Positions 34,238-46,759 of a DNA stretch of 64,000 bases are shown here, piece after piece. How positions within the stretch are numbered: the stretch's first letter is position 1; each line of letters begins with the position of its first letter. The translations under genes were made by a program, and so were the position numbers. The stretch is from Lytechinus pictus (Eukaryota), in contig NC_087250.1 of assembly GCF_037042905.1 (NCBI RefSeq), positions 13,456,001 through 13,520,000 on the forward strand, given 5' to 3'. The notes beneath the pieces were generated by a model. It did no database searches. It saw only the letters and a program-made list of their open reading frames with translations, and was not told where the DNA came from.

Positions 34238-34984
34238 TGCAAAACATTTCACATAGATTTCTCTGAATCACTCCCCAAATAAATGTATACATTCTATAAA
34301 GAGTTTTCCACTCTTAGTTAATATCCAAAAATCTTTATAACTGCAACTGGAATTGTTATTTGAGTAAATGTGAATTTACCTTGCCAAATTGACGTGTATG
34401 TAGTACATTTTGTTCATGTCGATTTGTGCGAGGTTTTGATATTGTACATTTTCTTGTGTCCAAAAATTTGACCTTTCTGATACTTTTATAAAGTGGAATT
34501 GTGCCTTATGACTATGTGTAATCATTCAAAAATGAAAGCCTTGAAGCTAAATTAATGAAATATCAGTTAAAATAGAGATGTATTTTTTAGACAGATAATG
34601 TTCATTGAGCATAAGGGATAAATAATTAGCACGCAATGTCTATGCGATTGTACTTATTACTTGCATGTATATCAATGATATAATCGTGATTATCATGTAT
34701 ATGTAGTTTTAGAACTAGATCAATTGATTCTGATTTAGTGTACACGTAGATAATTATTGTGTTCAAGCATGCAAACATAAGTGAGGAAGAGCTAATTTAC
34801 ATTTTACGTTGATATACATGATTGTATTTATTACTGATGCCAGTGGTCAAATAATTTACATTTTTAGAACTAAACCAATGAATTGTAATATATAGCAAAC
34901 AAAAACTCAAATTGTCAAATTCATTCAAATATTGAGGCAGAATTATTACGACCTGACCATATTCATATTTTTTTTAATCATTAA

Positions 34985-35618
34985 AGGAGAATGAAACTCT
35001 TGGAGCAAATTAGCTTTTGTGAAAGCAGAAAAATCAAAGAATAAGATCAACAAAAGTTTGAGTAAAATAGGACTAGCAATAGAAGAGTTATGAGCATTTG
35101 AATGTCGAGATCACTAATGCTATGGAGATCCTCCTATTGGCAATGCGACCAAGATCTATGATGTCACAGGTGAACAACTCTCCCCTTTTGGACACTGAAA
35201 ATATACCCCAAAACATCTCTTTTTGCTCATTCTAATCATATGACAAACGATTCATCAATGATATAATGTTGTGAAACATCTGTACTTGTCCTCTCATAAA
35301 GAGAACACCTCACCTTGTGATAGACTCTATAAAAGTGAGAATATAAGTGAAATAAGTACTAAAGTAATGAGGGAGTTGTACGTGTGTGATATCACAGATC
35401 TTGGTCGCACTGCCAATAGGAGGATCTACATGGCATTACGTTGATATACATGATTGTATTGATTGAACTCAGCCGGGCTGAGTGAGTAGTGATCTCAATA
35501 TTCAAATGCTCATAACTTTCTTATTATTCATTCATTCTTCCTCAAACTTCCAACAATATGTTTCTTTGATTTTTCTCTTTGATATGGATTCAGCTGGTTT
35601 CAAGGGTTTCATTCTCCT
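34985..35618. mobile_element. Kolobok-like MITE family K2 (opposite-orientation, near-identical copy at 46082-46660)
   Basis: TIR AGGAGAATGAAAC, TTAA TSD, long inner inverted repeats. Confidence 0.9.
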
Positions 35619-35842
35619 TTAAGTAGAGGAAATTTCCTTTAGTAATTCCACCTGTTACATATTCATGGTGACATGCATATATTTCTACCAAATATGGCTT
35701 TAAAAAATTTAACCCGATAACTTTATTTGTTATCAGATTTTGAAGCAATTGTTGATGTGTTGGTGGGTGAATTTTCATCTATTTTTTTTTAGATAGAACC
35801 ATTTTCAGCCTGGGGTACCCCTTTAAACAAGAGAAGGTTCTG

Positions 35843-36000
35843 GGCCCCGTTGCATACAAGTAACTATCATGGTAACTTTGCCATCCAATGGTAACTACCA
35901 TGGTAACGCCGATCAACAGCCAATCAAAATCAAGGATTCCATGCAAGATACCATTGGATTGCAAAGTTACTATAATGGTAACTTTTATGCAACAGGGCCC
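35843..36000. mobile_element. ~160-bp palindromic GGCCC MITE
   Basis: GGCCCCGTTGCATA..TATGCAACAGGGCC; body related to the ~31978-32135 element. Confidence 0.75.
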
Positions 36001-36487
36001 CAGGGAATAATTTTGCTTTACAAATTTGAATATCATTTTTGTTCATGAAAGAAGAGCTCTCAACTAAGTAATGTACAGTCCTATGTAAAAAAATGCTTTG
36101 CAAAAGAGTTTATGCATAGCAGTCTTTCAACAAATGTGGAGGAAATTGCAATGTGATACCAGGAAAATTATTCCATGGGCCGTTTTCTTTTATTTGTCAA
36201 ACTTAATTAAAATATCTGAATTAACTGTGGCCAACTTAAAATGTGTTTTGAAGTGGACAGTCACATATTTGACCATCCAACTGAATTTTAACATGTTATC
36301 TTGTTTAGAATACAGCATCTTTATTTATGTGAACTTTATTTATATATTTATTTCAACAACTAGACTCAGTACTCTGTGTGTCCTTTAACTTAATATCAGT
36401 AACCCTATCATGCATGCAAAATAAGTATGTGAATATTTGTTTATTTTTCCCATCTGTTTCTGTTTATGATGTTGAGAAATATACTAA

Positions 36488-36711
36488 AGGACGAGTCCAC
36501 CCCATAAAGGTTGATTTGAAAAGAAAGAGAAGAATCGAACAAGCATAACACTGAAAATGTCATCAACATCGGATGTAAAATAAGAAAGTTATGAAATTTT
36601 ATTAAATTTTCAATTAATTAAAAAAATATTTTGATGGAATTTTCAGGGTTACTCTTGTTTGATTTTTCTCTATTGATGCAAATAAACATTTTTTGGGGGG
36701 TGGACTTGGCT
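36488..36711. mobile_element. Internally deleted K1 Kolobok-like MITE
   Basis: AGGACGAGTCCACCCC...GGGGTGGACTTGGCT-TTAA; centre missing relative to 41262-41834. Confidence 0.8.
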
Positions 36712-38050
36712 TTAAAACAATTGCAATTTGGGATGTTATTACATCACCAAAAGTCACTGCCCGTTTTCTGAAGTGTACTTAAGTCTGTGTTGGTATTATG
36801 GAAAGACAAAAATGTCAAAATTTTAACTCTTCGAATTCATCATACTTAAATGGTGAACAAATTTTTCTTTTTAATTTTGCATTCCCTGATATTTATGAAA
36901 TAGATTTGTGTCAATTTATGTCATTAATTAAAACTGTACTGTTTAGATGTTTTGATTTTTATATGCTACACTGTATGTAACTACTTTGATTTTTATATGC
37001 TATGTAGCTACAAGAATATTTATTAGGAGGCTGCACTCTACAAGCTCCACTTTTTAGCAGCCTCCTTCATTTCCAACCTGATATGTAATAATCTTGAATA
37101 TAATTTTTGTACAGGGATACTTGAAATATATTTTGTTATTTGTATCTCAAAATGTACAAAACAAACTGAAATTGTTGAAAATGGAAATAAACAAAATGTA
37201 TGTGTTACAAATAGCTATACATATTTTAACATACAAGCCTAGGCCCGTATTCTGAAGTTGGGGTTTAACTTAGACCATATGGTCTAACTCTGCTAAAATT
37301 ATGGTAAGCCAAATGTGTCAGTATTTTGTTTACATTGTTGTATGCTACTTATTACTACTGTATTCTTTCCTACTACTTCAATGGTGAAGACAAATATTTC
37401 TATCACTATTCCCAGACAGTTGTGAATCAAAGTAGTGTCAAAATGTACTGACAAATTAAACAAATTATTTAGCAAAAAGGTTGTATCATCTTTTAGAAAG
37501 TACCTCTTACAAGCCTTCTTAACATTTTTCATAATGAAAATGTGGAAATCGTTCCTATATTCTGTAAACAAAGTCATGATATTAGGCTTGTGATTTTCGA
37601 AAAGTGAAAATTTTCCCCCTTCTGGCGGTGCTCACTGGAGCATGACATAAAATACGTCTGTAACATTCACTCAGATGGTAGCTTATAAAATTAACTACAC
37701 GCTCATGTAAAAAGATCTATAAAACTCCTGGTACAGAAATTATGGATGTTTAGGGGGGGTCTTACTTTATTTTGTTGTGTAAATTTATTGAAGCAGTGTT
37801 CATAAGGCAATATGCTCAGTTGGATCGTTTAAAGGCGCACATTCACAATTTGCCTTTTCTTTGTGTAGTGGAAGTGAAATACCAGCTATGTTGGCATTAT
37901 TTTTCCTTGGGAGGAAATATACTTTATTATCACAATAATCATCGTTCTACCCCTTCAAGATTCTAAATGCTTTTGATTCACTTGGTGAAGATTTGTTGTA
38001 GTAGAAATGAAACTATGAATAGTGACAATTAGTAGAGGTTATGAATTCAG

Positions 38051-38319
38051 GGCCCGTCTTACAAAGAGTTGCGATCGATCCGATCAATCACAACTATAGA
38101 CGGCCAGCAACTTCAACATCTATTATGAATGTTTGTTCAAAATATTTTCTTACTATGATGGATATTCATGCATTCATTGTTTTCTTGAAAATTCACTGTG
38201 CTTCTTTTTGTTTACAAAGGACATTGTGCAAATTTTCTGTAGAAAAAATTATGACACTGATGGATTTCCATAGAGTTACATTTGATTGGATCAATCGTAA
38301 CTCTTTGTAAGACGGGGCC
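38051..38319. mobile_element. Harbinger-like MITE family E, intact copy
   Basis: ~35-bp TIR, CAG TSD on both sides. Confidence 0.85.
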
Positions 38320-38616
38320 CAGAAGTAGTCTACTATATTTGTACATGACTTGTTCTACAGGGTATATGTGGCTGATTTTTGTTTAGCTATGTTTGTTCTA
38401 CTCAATGAATTAATAAAGAATGGAGAATATATCTTTTCTTTGTAAGGTATGTCCAAATTCCTTGTATCTTACTCTCATCGATTGAATAAACCAAAGTCCA
38501 ATTAGTGCAAAATCGAGTTGTCGTCAGTGACCCTATTTATAGAGTTGTGCACTGATTTTACTGAAATGGCACAATGTGACGTCGTTCGGAAGTTAGTAAT
38601 TTGGAAGAGTTAGAAG

Positions 38617-40865
38617 TTGTAACTTGTCCCCTCTATTTACTTTTTAACTCTACTTGTAACTCGTTCTCTCTTCTTGTTACTCATTCTCTCTTCTTGTAAC
38701 TCATTTCTCTCTTCTTTTTTAACTCGTTCACTCTTGTGACTCATTCCCTCTTCTAGTTACTCATTCTCTCTGCTTTTTTACTCGTTATCTATTCTTGTAA
38801 CTCGTTCTCTCGTATTTCATTTCTCTGTTGTAACTCGTGCTCTCTTCCCGTAACTCATTCTCTCTTCTTGTAACTCATTCTCTCATCTTGTAATTCATTC
38901 TCTCTTCTTGTAACTCATTTCACTCTTCTTTTTTTTACTCGTTCACTCTTGTAACTCATTCCCTCTTCTTGTTACTCATTTCTCTCTTCTTGTAGCTCAT
39001 TCCCTCTTCTTGTAACTCATTCTTTTTTCTTGTGATTCATTCTCTTCTTGTAACTCATTTCTCTCTTGTAACTCGTTCTCTCTTCTTGTAACTCATTCTC
39101 TCTTCCTTTTTAACTCGTTCACTCTTGTAACTCATTCCCTCTTCTTGTTACTCATTCTCTCTTCTCTTTTACTCGTTCTCTATTCTTGTAACTCGTTTTC
39201 TCGTATTTCATTTCTCTGTTGTAACTCGTGGTCTCTTCTCGTAACTCATTCTCTCTTGTAACCCATTCTCTCATCTTGTAATTCATTCTCTCTTCTTGTA
39301 ACTCATTTCTCTCTTCTTTTTTTTACTCGTTCACTCTTGTAACTCATTCCCTCTTCTTGTTACTCATTTCTCTCTTCTTGTAGCTCATTCCCTCTTCTTG
39401 TAACTCATTCTTTTTTCTTGTGATTCATTCTCTTCTTGTAACTCATTTCTCTCTTGTAAATCGTTCACTCTTCTTGTAACTCATTTATTCATTCTTGTAA
39501 CTCGTTCTCTCTTATAACTCGTTCTCTCTCCTCATAACTCGTTCTCTCTTATAACTCATTCCCTCTTCTTGTAACTCATTTCTCATTTGTAAATCGTTCT
39601 CTCCTTGTAACTAATTTCTCTCTTCTTTTAACTCCTCTCTCCTTGTAACTCATTCCCTCATTTTGTAACTCATTCACTCTTTTTATAACTCATTCTCTCT
39701 TTTTGTAACTCATTCGCTCTTTGTTGTAACTCATTCTCTCTATTTGTAACCCATTCTCTCTTTTTGTAACTCATTCTCTCTTCTTGTAACTCATTCTCTC
39801 TGTTTGTAAATCATTCCCTCTTTTTGTAACTCATTCTCTCTTGTAACTCCTCTCTTGTAACTATTTCTCTCTTCTTGTAAATCGTTCTCTCTTCTTGTAA
39901 ATCATTTCACTCTTGTAACACATTTCTCTCTTCTTGTAACTCATTCTCTCTTTTTGTAACTCATTCTCTCTTCTTGTAACTCATTCTCTCTGTTTGTAAA
40001 TCATTCCCTCTTTTTGTAACTCATTTCTCTCTTGTAACTCGTTCTCTCTTCTTGTAACTCATTCTCTCTTCCTTTTTAACTCGTTCACTCTTGTAACTCA
40101 TTCCCTCTTCTTGTATCTCGTTCTCTATTCATGTAACTCATTCATTCTTGTAACTCATTCTCTCTTGTAACTCATTCTCTCTTTTTGTAACTCATTCTCT
40201 CTTCTTGTAACTCCTCTCTTGTAACTATTTCTCTCTTCTTGTTAATCGTTCTCTCTTGTAACTCGTTATCTCTTCTTATAACTCGTTCTCTCTTCTTGAA
40301 ACTCGTTCACTCTTCTTGTAAATCATTTCACTCTTCTTGTAACCCATTTCTCTCTTCTTGTAACTCATTCTCTCTTTTTGTAACTCATTCCATCTTCTTG
40401 TAACTCATTCTCTCTTCTTGTATTAAACTCGTTCTCTCTTGTAACTCTTTCCCTCTTGTAACTCATTTCTCTCTTGTAAATCATTCACTCCTCTTGTAAC
40501 TCATTTCTCTCTTGATAATCTTTCTCTCTTGTAACTCTTTCCCTCTTGTAACTCATTCTTCTTTTTTACTCGTTCTCTCTTCTTGTAACTCATTTCTCTC
40601 TTCCTGTAATTCATTCTGTCTGTCTTGTAACTCATTTCCTCCTTTTGTAGCTCAATCTCTCTTATAACTTTCTCTCTTCGTTTAACTCGTTCCCTTTTCT
40701 TGTAACTCGTTCTCTCTTCTTGTATTAAACTCGTTCTCTCGTCTTGTAACTCGTTCTCTCTTGTAACTCGTTCTCTCTTCCTGTATCTCGTTCTCTTTTC
40801 ATGTAACCCATTCCCTCTTGTAACTCGTTCTCTCTTGTCGTAACTCGTCCTTTCTCGTTACTCAT
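38617..40865. repeat. ~2.2-kb minisatellite, 17-21-bp unit TTGTAACTCATTCTCTCTTC, with ~388-bp higher-order duplication
   Basis: Roughly 100 variant units; diagnostic variants recur at 38801/39191 and 38993/39381. Confidence 0.95.
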
Positions 40866-41261
40866 TCCTTGTTCCCCTATTTGACAAATTTCCACGTCTT
40901 CCTAAGACACTCCCACGACTTTAATATCGCTCGTTCCTTTTGACTCATTCCCATAATCATATGTTTAATAATGCCCAACATTAACATACGTCGAGAGAGA
41001 ACTCGTGACACTGATCAGTTGGGTTATTAAGAGGCTTCTGAGAGTGGGGTTTGAATTTGAATTTATTAATAAACTTCATTCATATGGCATGAATATTTTG
41101 TTTTAAAATATATACAATGATAACATAAACAAAATCATTCATAACTGTATGTCGTATAAATCAGTAATACATAGTTGGTAATTTGAGGGATCAAATCTTT
41201 TATTCTCAAATACAAAAACAAAGGAATATAAAGAAATGTTAGATTCATGAAAATGTCTTAA

Positions 41262-41834
41262 AGGTCAAGTCCACCCTATAATATAAAGAGAAATACAAAC
41301 TAGCATAACGCTGAAAATTTTATCAAAATCGGATGTAAAATAAGAAAGTTAAGACATCTTAAAATTTTGCTTATTTTTCACAAAACAGTGATATGTACGA
41401 TTCAGTGACATGCAAATGAGAGAGTCGATGATGTCCCTCACTATTTTTTTTTCATTGTTTGAATTATACAATATTTCATTTTTTTACAGATTCGAAAATA
41501 AGGAACAACTTGACTGAAAAATATAGTATTAAACAATGCTCATTCCAAATGTACAGGGAGGAATAAGTTGTTGTTTCACTTGACAATGAGGAGAAAATTA
41601 GAATATTTCATATAACAAAATACCAAAAAAATAGTGAGTGGATGACGTCATCAGTCTCCTCATTTGCATACCGACCAGAATGTGCAAATAACTGTTTTGT
41701 GAAATTAAGCAAAACTTAAAAATGTCATAACTTTCTCATTTTACATCGGATTTTGATGAAATTTTCAGTGTTGTTGCCTGTTGAATTTTTCTATTTTTAT
41801 TCAAATCAACATTTTGTTGGGGTGGACTTGTCCT
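41262..41834. mobile_element. Intact K1 Kolobok-like MITE
   Basis: TIR AGGTCAAGTCCACCC, TTAA TSD. Confidence 0.9.
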
Positions 41835-42048
41835 TTAAAGATGTCAAAATAATATTTGATAACGAAAACATTTATGTTTATCAATAGAGCTGAAAATCAT
41901 GTCAATCATGGGTAATCAATATTGTTGTTTGGGTGCCATATGCCGATTTAGGGTAATTGCATGTACCTTCACTGATGACACATTTCTGTAGAAATAAAGT
42001 GAAACGCGATTAGTATCTTCGATCATGGATGCAAAATGTCATTGAATA

Positions 42049-43647
42049 CTATACCATTGAATACCAATCTTTTCTTATGATCTGAATACTGTTGCCGTCA
42101 CAGACGATTATCTTCCCAGATGGAGTCATAATCACTTGCGACAACTCAAGATGTGTCAGTCTATCATTATCACTAACCAATCTCCTTGATAAGCACAGGG
42201 TTGCTACACGTCTCCTCTTCGACCCACTCTTCGTCGTCGCGTATTCGATCCCACACGTCTTGTGTTCCTTACCAGATGTAATAACGTAGAGGGCGTCTGT
42301 CAGTGGATCGATGCAGGCACTTCTTATATTATTGACGAAGGAGATTTCTTTGTAAGACCCTCCCCTCTCGAACTTCAAGACCGTGCAGTGGTTTGATGAC
42401 AACTCTGCCAAGATAATAAGACCTGATGAAACGACGCCACGTACAAGATCACTAAAAGTAATACGCCGTTTGGTACTGCCATCATCGGGGTTGATGAAGT
42501 ATACATTTCCCTGACCCCACTCGGCGGCAATGATAAGCCCTTCTGGATCCACAGCAACATACACCCAAGTATCATCCAGCGTGTTGTTTCGTGGTATGAC
42601 GAAGTCATTGACCAACTTCCAGTGTTTATCATACACGCTGATGCATCCTATCAACGATTGTCCCAAAGCAATGGCCTTGCATCCAGTCCGTCTCTTTCCG
42701 CACACGATCTTCCCATCGGGCAAAGACGCAGAGGAGACAACACAGGACTGTCCTCCGTCCTTAATGACTGGATCAATTCGCTTGGTGTTCGTATCAAGTA
42801 GATACGTGTGCATGCTCCCAACTTCCCAGTCGGTGACCAGCACCTTCGAAGAGCCGACGCAGCCTACAATGGTTGGATATTTCAATCTATCCATGACATT
42901 GATTTCCTCCACAAGCCTCCAATCCCCATTGTACCTGTCGACATCGATCCTTCCATCATAGCTGCTATATCCAACACTCCTGACAAATTTCACGCGCGAC
43001 ACTCTCTGTCTGATACGCTTCACCGCATCCATGTCAAAAGACATCTTCAACGCATCAGTAATCGCTCTCTCCAAATTAATTGCATCTTTCACTTTTGGTC
43101 CGCACTGCCTCCCAAAAGCATCAAGTTTTTGTTGAGCTTCTTGAAGAACTCTTCCAGCATCCTGAGCCGACCTTTCTAGTTCGGCTATCCGTGGTTTGAT
43201 CACGTCCATGATCGTTTCAAGTTCCTCACCACAATCTTGACGCATTTGTTCTACCGGAGCACGTCTCAATTCAGAATCTTGTCGTCTGATTTTCAACAAC
43301 ATTCTATGTCTCTTCTCATTGTTCTTGCTAATCTTGTCATCATTCTTCCGAAGTTCTTGATTCATCGCCCTAATCTCTTCAGTCTTTTCCCGTATGCCCT
43401 CCTCGATTTTTCGCTTCTCCTTGATAATCTTGCCATTCATCACGTCAAATTCGTGATTAATTCTCTCAACCTCTCTATTCTCCCCTTCCTTCTCCAGCCG
43501 AACCTTCTTGTTGACTGTTGAGTCTACTTCATCATGAAGAGCTTTAAAGTGTTCTTCGGTAGCAAATCTGAATTGGCGTATCATTTCTTCGAAGTGTGTG
43601 CATTCGTGTCTCTTGGCGAGTATTCTCTCTTGCATGATATCATCCAT
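42049..43647 (-). CDS. 532-aa coiled-coil + beta-rich (probable NHL/beta-propeller) protein, TRIM-like C-terminal architecture without visible RING/B-box
   Basis: Uninterrupted ~1.6-kb ORF, GC-richer than its flanks. Acceptor TTTATTTTGCAG at 43666, followed by ACAATGG (strong context). About 210 aa of E/K/R-rich heptads, then repeats such as VAVDPEGLIIAAEWGQGNVYFIN, ACIDPLTDALYV and MTPSGKIIVCDG. Confidence 0.75.
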   Translation of the reverse strand: MDDIMQERILAKRHECTHFEEMIRQFRFATEEHFKALHDEVDSTVNKKVRLEKEGENREVERINHEFDVMNGKIIKEKRKIEEGIREKTEEIRAMNQELRKNDDKISKNNEKRHRMLLKIRRQDSELRRAPVEQMRQDCGEELETIMDVIKPRIAELERSAQDAGRVLQEAQQKLDAFGRQCGPKVKDAINLERAITDALKMSFDMDAVKRIRQRVSRVKFVRSVGYSSYDGRIDVDRYNGDWRLVEEINVMDRLKYPTIVGCVGSSKVLVTDWEVGSMHTYLLDTNTKRIDPVIKDGGQSCVVSSASLPDGKIVCGKRRTGCKAIALGQSLIGCISVYDKHWKLVNDFVIPRNNTLDDTWVYVAVDPEGLIIAAEWGQGNVYFINPDDGSTKRRITFSDLVRGVVSSGLIILAELSSNHCTVLKFERGGSYKEISFVNNIRSACIDPLTDALYVITSGKEHKTCGIEYATTKSGSKRRRVATLCLSRRLVSDNDRLTHLELSQVIMTPSGKIIVCDGNSIQIIRKDWYSMV

Positions 43648-43909
43648 TGTTTCTTTGGGGATGAGCTGCAAAATAAAAACAGAATCGGAATATGATGTCT
43701 TAATTAAAGGGAGCGAACTAACCGAAAGTGTGTATTGTCTCTCATTGAATGATACGCATTCAATGAGAGACAATACGGTTTACTGACGGTTGGTCTATTA
43801 TCACTTGGTCTAATCATCAGATGGGTTAACAACATTCGGGCTAAACCCACTTAGTCCAATTCTCTTTTTGGTTTAATGACCACTTGGTCCAATATCCAAT
43901 TAGTCTGTA

Positions 43910-44988
43910 ATTCTAAGCACTTTTTGTAACTTAAACAGAATATATTATATAACTAAACAATTGATGCGAAGCGCGAGCGGAAAATTTCGAGATTTAGAAC
44001 TACAGGCACTTTATTAATTTCTACACAAAGAATGTAAAATTTTAATCAATTTTCGTAATCGTGAACAGGATATAGGTATATAACTAAACAATTGATGCGA
44101 GCGCGAGCGGAAAAAAATCGAGAGTTAGACCTAAAAACGGCACACTCTATTCATGTTTTGTAAGTCATGAAACGAATGAGTAATATAGGGGATCTTCCTA
44201 CATTAATAATGCGAGCACAAAATTTTTGATATTGTGATCTGAAACTGGATAATGATTTAAATAGAGAACAAGTTGACCCATCTGAATAAGCATACGCGCG
44301 CGTGTTTTATATTCTAAATACATCTTTTATCATGAAAATCAAAGCGAGCGCGAAGTGCGAGCTTAAACTATTTGATATTCCGATCTGAAAAAGAGTCAAT
44401 TTCAGCTCTATATTTCAAGCACTTTGAGACATACATCACTCGCCAATCAGAATGTCAGCCTGCAGCGCTATAGCTGATGCGTTTTCATAATCAGACATGA
44501 ACATGACGAAAAGGAATATTTTGAAACTTTATGAAACCACGAAAATAAAAGGTACCTGATAAATCAAAATTTGCGAGCGCGCAGCACGAGCAGAAATGTT
44601 AATATTCAGTTAATAAAACTGACATTTTTACAGAACACTTTTTAAAAACAATTTGTAAATCACACAAGATAATGAAAGTTCGATTTCCGCGGTGAAATAT
44701 GTTTTGTGGACTGACTTCCAAACTTGATATTTAAACTCCACATTGAACAAGATATAAAAATCAACTAGCAAGCAATGCGAGCGCGAAGCGCGAGCGAAAA
44801 TTTCATACAGCGCCATGAAAGTCTTCCCCTCATCTTATTTCATTCACTCGTCTTCCTCCTCTTTTTTTTTGCCTCTCTTTTCCCTCCCTTTTGCCCTTTT
44901 TTTTCTTTCTTTCCTTATTTCTTTTTTTGCTCCGCCAATGGGGGGGGGGGGGGGACGGGCCCCTCGCCCCGCCCTGGATCTGCCTATG
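43910..44988 (+). mobile_element. Third, 5'-truncated copy of the GCGAGCGCGAAGC-motif element
   Basis: Periodic motif; blocks shared with 20040-21750; ends CCCTGGATCTGCCTATG. Confidence 0.65.
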
Positions 44989-45148
44989 TATACTCTATCA
45001 TGTCTGAACAAATGAGCGCAATAGCATGTAACTTCGCGACACCGCGTTTGATAGAACCGAAAATGGCGAGAGAGAGGGGGGGGGGGCACACAAAGTCTAT
45101 GTGCACGATTTATGAATAACTTTAATACAAAGGGGGCTAGACAATTAA

Positions 45149-45655
45149 AGGGGAAGTTCACCTTGATAAAAATTTTGTTGTAAAAATAGCAGAAAAATAT
45201 CATGAAAATATTGGTGAAGGTTTGAGGAAAATCCGTTAAAGATTAAGAAAGTTATTAGAGTTCAAAGTTTTGTATTTGTGACGTACGTACGTCATAAACG
45301 AGCAGCTGCCCCATATGTTATGTAATATAAAATGCATGAATTTCGAATTTTTTATGGTTCCTGATGACTTAATTTTGCTTCCTATTCATGATCGGGTGTG
45401 AAATGATTTGTCTATTGATATACAAAAGGTACAGTGAAAACCATTTTCAATTTTCTGAGAAAATGACATTTCATTGATTTTTTACCATTCGCTATGTAGG
45501 AATGCGGCTCGCATATGACGTTACAAATCAAGTAATTGAAATTCTAATCCAACTTTTTAATTCTTTGATGAATTTTTCTCAAACCTTCAGCAGTATTTTT
45601 TATTATTTTTTCTACTATTTTTACAATAAACTTTTTGTCAGGGTGAACTTCCCCT
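45149..45655. mobile_element. Kolobok-like MITE
   Basis: TIR AGGGGAAGTTCACC, TTAA TSD. Confidence 0.85.
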
Positions 45656-46081
45656 TTAATTTTTGTCTCATTTTAAAGCTTGAGGTGATTAGTATGATAA
45701 TTTAACTCTCTTTACAATTTATTCCAATTAATTGATTTCAATTAGCAATAATTGATTTAAAAAAACTTCATAAAAACACCATAAAATCTCGCATAAGAAC
45801 AATTTATGACGTGATTTTTTTGGCTGAATTGAGACGTATCATTATGAAATTGGTGTCATTTGAAAGCTGGGTATGTATTAGCGGTGACAGTATAAGCTTT
45901 TATGCATATCAATTTGAGTCATTTTTAGATAAAATGAAAAAAAAATGATTGTTGAGAGGTGGTGGAAGCGGTACACATTACATGCAACTCTATGGGATCG
46001 TTGTATTGCTAGTATTAAACATGTGTAATTGTGGTTTCCTAGAGGCTGAAACTTTGATTTTGGTCTCATTTTATAGCTTAA

Positions 46082-46660
46082 AGGAGAATGAAACCCTTGA
46101 AACCAGCTGAATCCATATGAAAGAGAAAAATCAAAGAAACGTATTGTTGAAAGTTTGAGGAAGATTGAATGAATAATAAGAAAGTTATGAGCATTTTAAT
46201 ATTGAGATCACTAATGCCATGTAGATCCTCCCATTGGCAATGCGACCAAGATCTGTGATGTCACACTCGTACAACTCCCTCATTACTTTAGTACTTATTT
46301 CACTTATATTCTCACTTTTATAGAGTCTATCACAAGGTGAGGTGTTTATGAGAGGACAAGTACAGAGGTTTCACAACATTATATCATTGATGAATAGTTT
46401 GTCATATGATTAGCATGAGCAAAAAAAGATGTTTTGGGGTATAGTTTCAGTGTCCAAAAGGGGAGAGTTGTTCATCTGTGACATCATAGATCTTGGTCGC
46501 ATTGCCAATAGGAGGATCTCCATAGCATTAGTGATCTCGACATTCAAATGCTCATAACTCTTCTATTGCTAGTCCTATTTTACTCAAACTGTTGTTGATC
46601 TTATTCTTTGATTTTTCTGCTTTCACAAAATCTAACTTGCTCCAAGAGTTTCATTCTCCT
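46082..46660. mobile_element. Kolobok-like MITE family K2
   Basis: TIR AGGAGAATGAAAC, TTAA TSD. Confidence 0.9.
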
Positions 46661-46759
46661 TTAATATAACGTGTATGATGATACACCTCTATACACATCA
46701 TATAATTATTGATTAATAATGATTAGAAGATATAATAAATAATAATGAATAGAAGATAT

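Noticed and set aside
38617..40865. CRISPR array or repetitive coding region
   Set aside because: Contiguous tandem units without unique spacers; no long ORF
41062..41073. Bidirectional polyA signal TTTATTAATAAA for the convergent genes
   Set aside because: The adjacent TTGAATTTGAA repeat looks like a minus-strand retroelement tail; no evidence of use
43648..43773. First 42 aa of the 574-aa ORF
   Set aside because: Non-ATG start; it crosses a clear acceptor at 43666, so it is intron plus short 5'UTR (or a phase-0 exon start)
42092..43786. Plus-strand ORFs overlapping the TRIM-like gene
   Set aside because: Antisense shadows of a real CDS; no recognisable motifs
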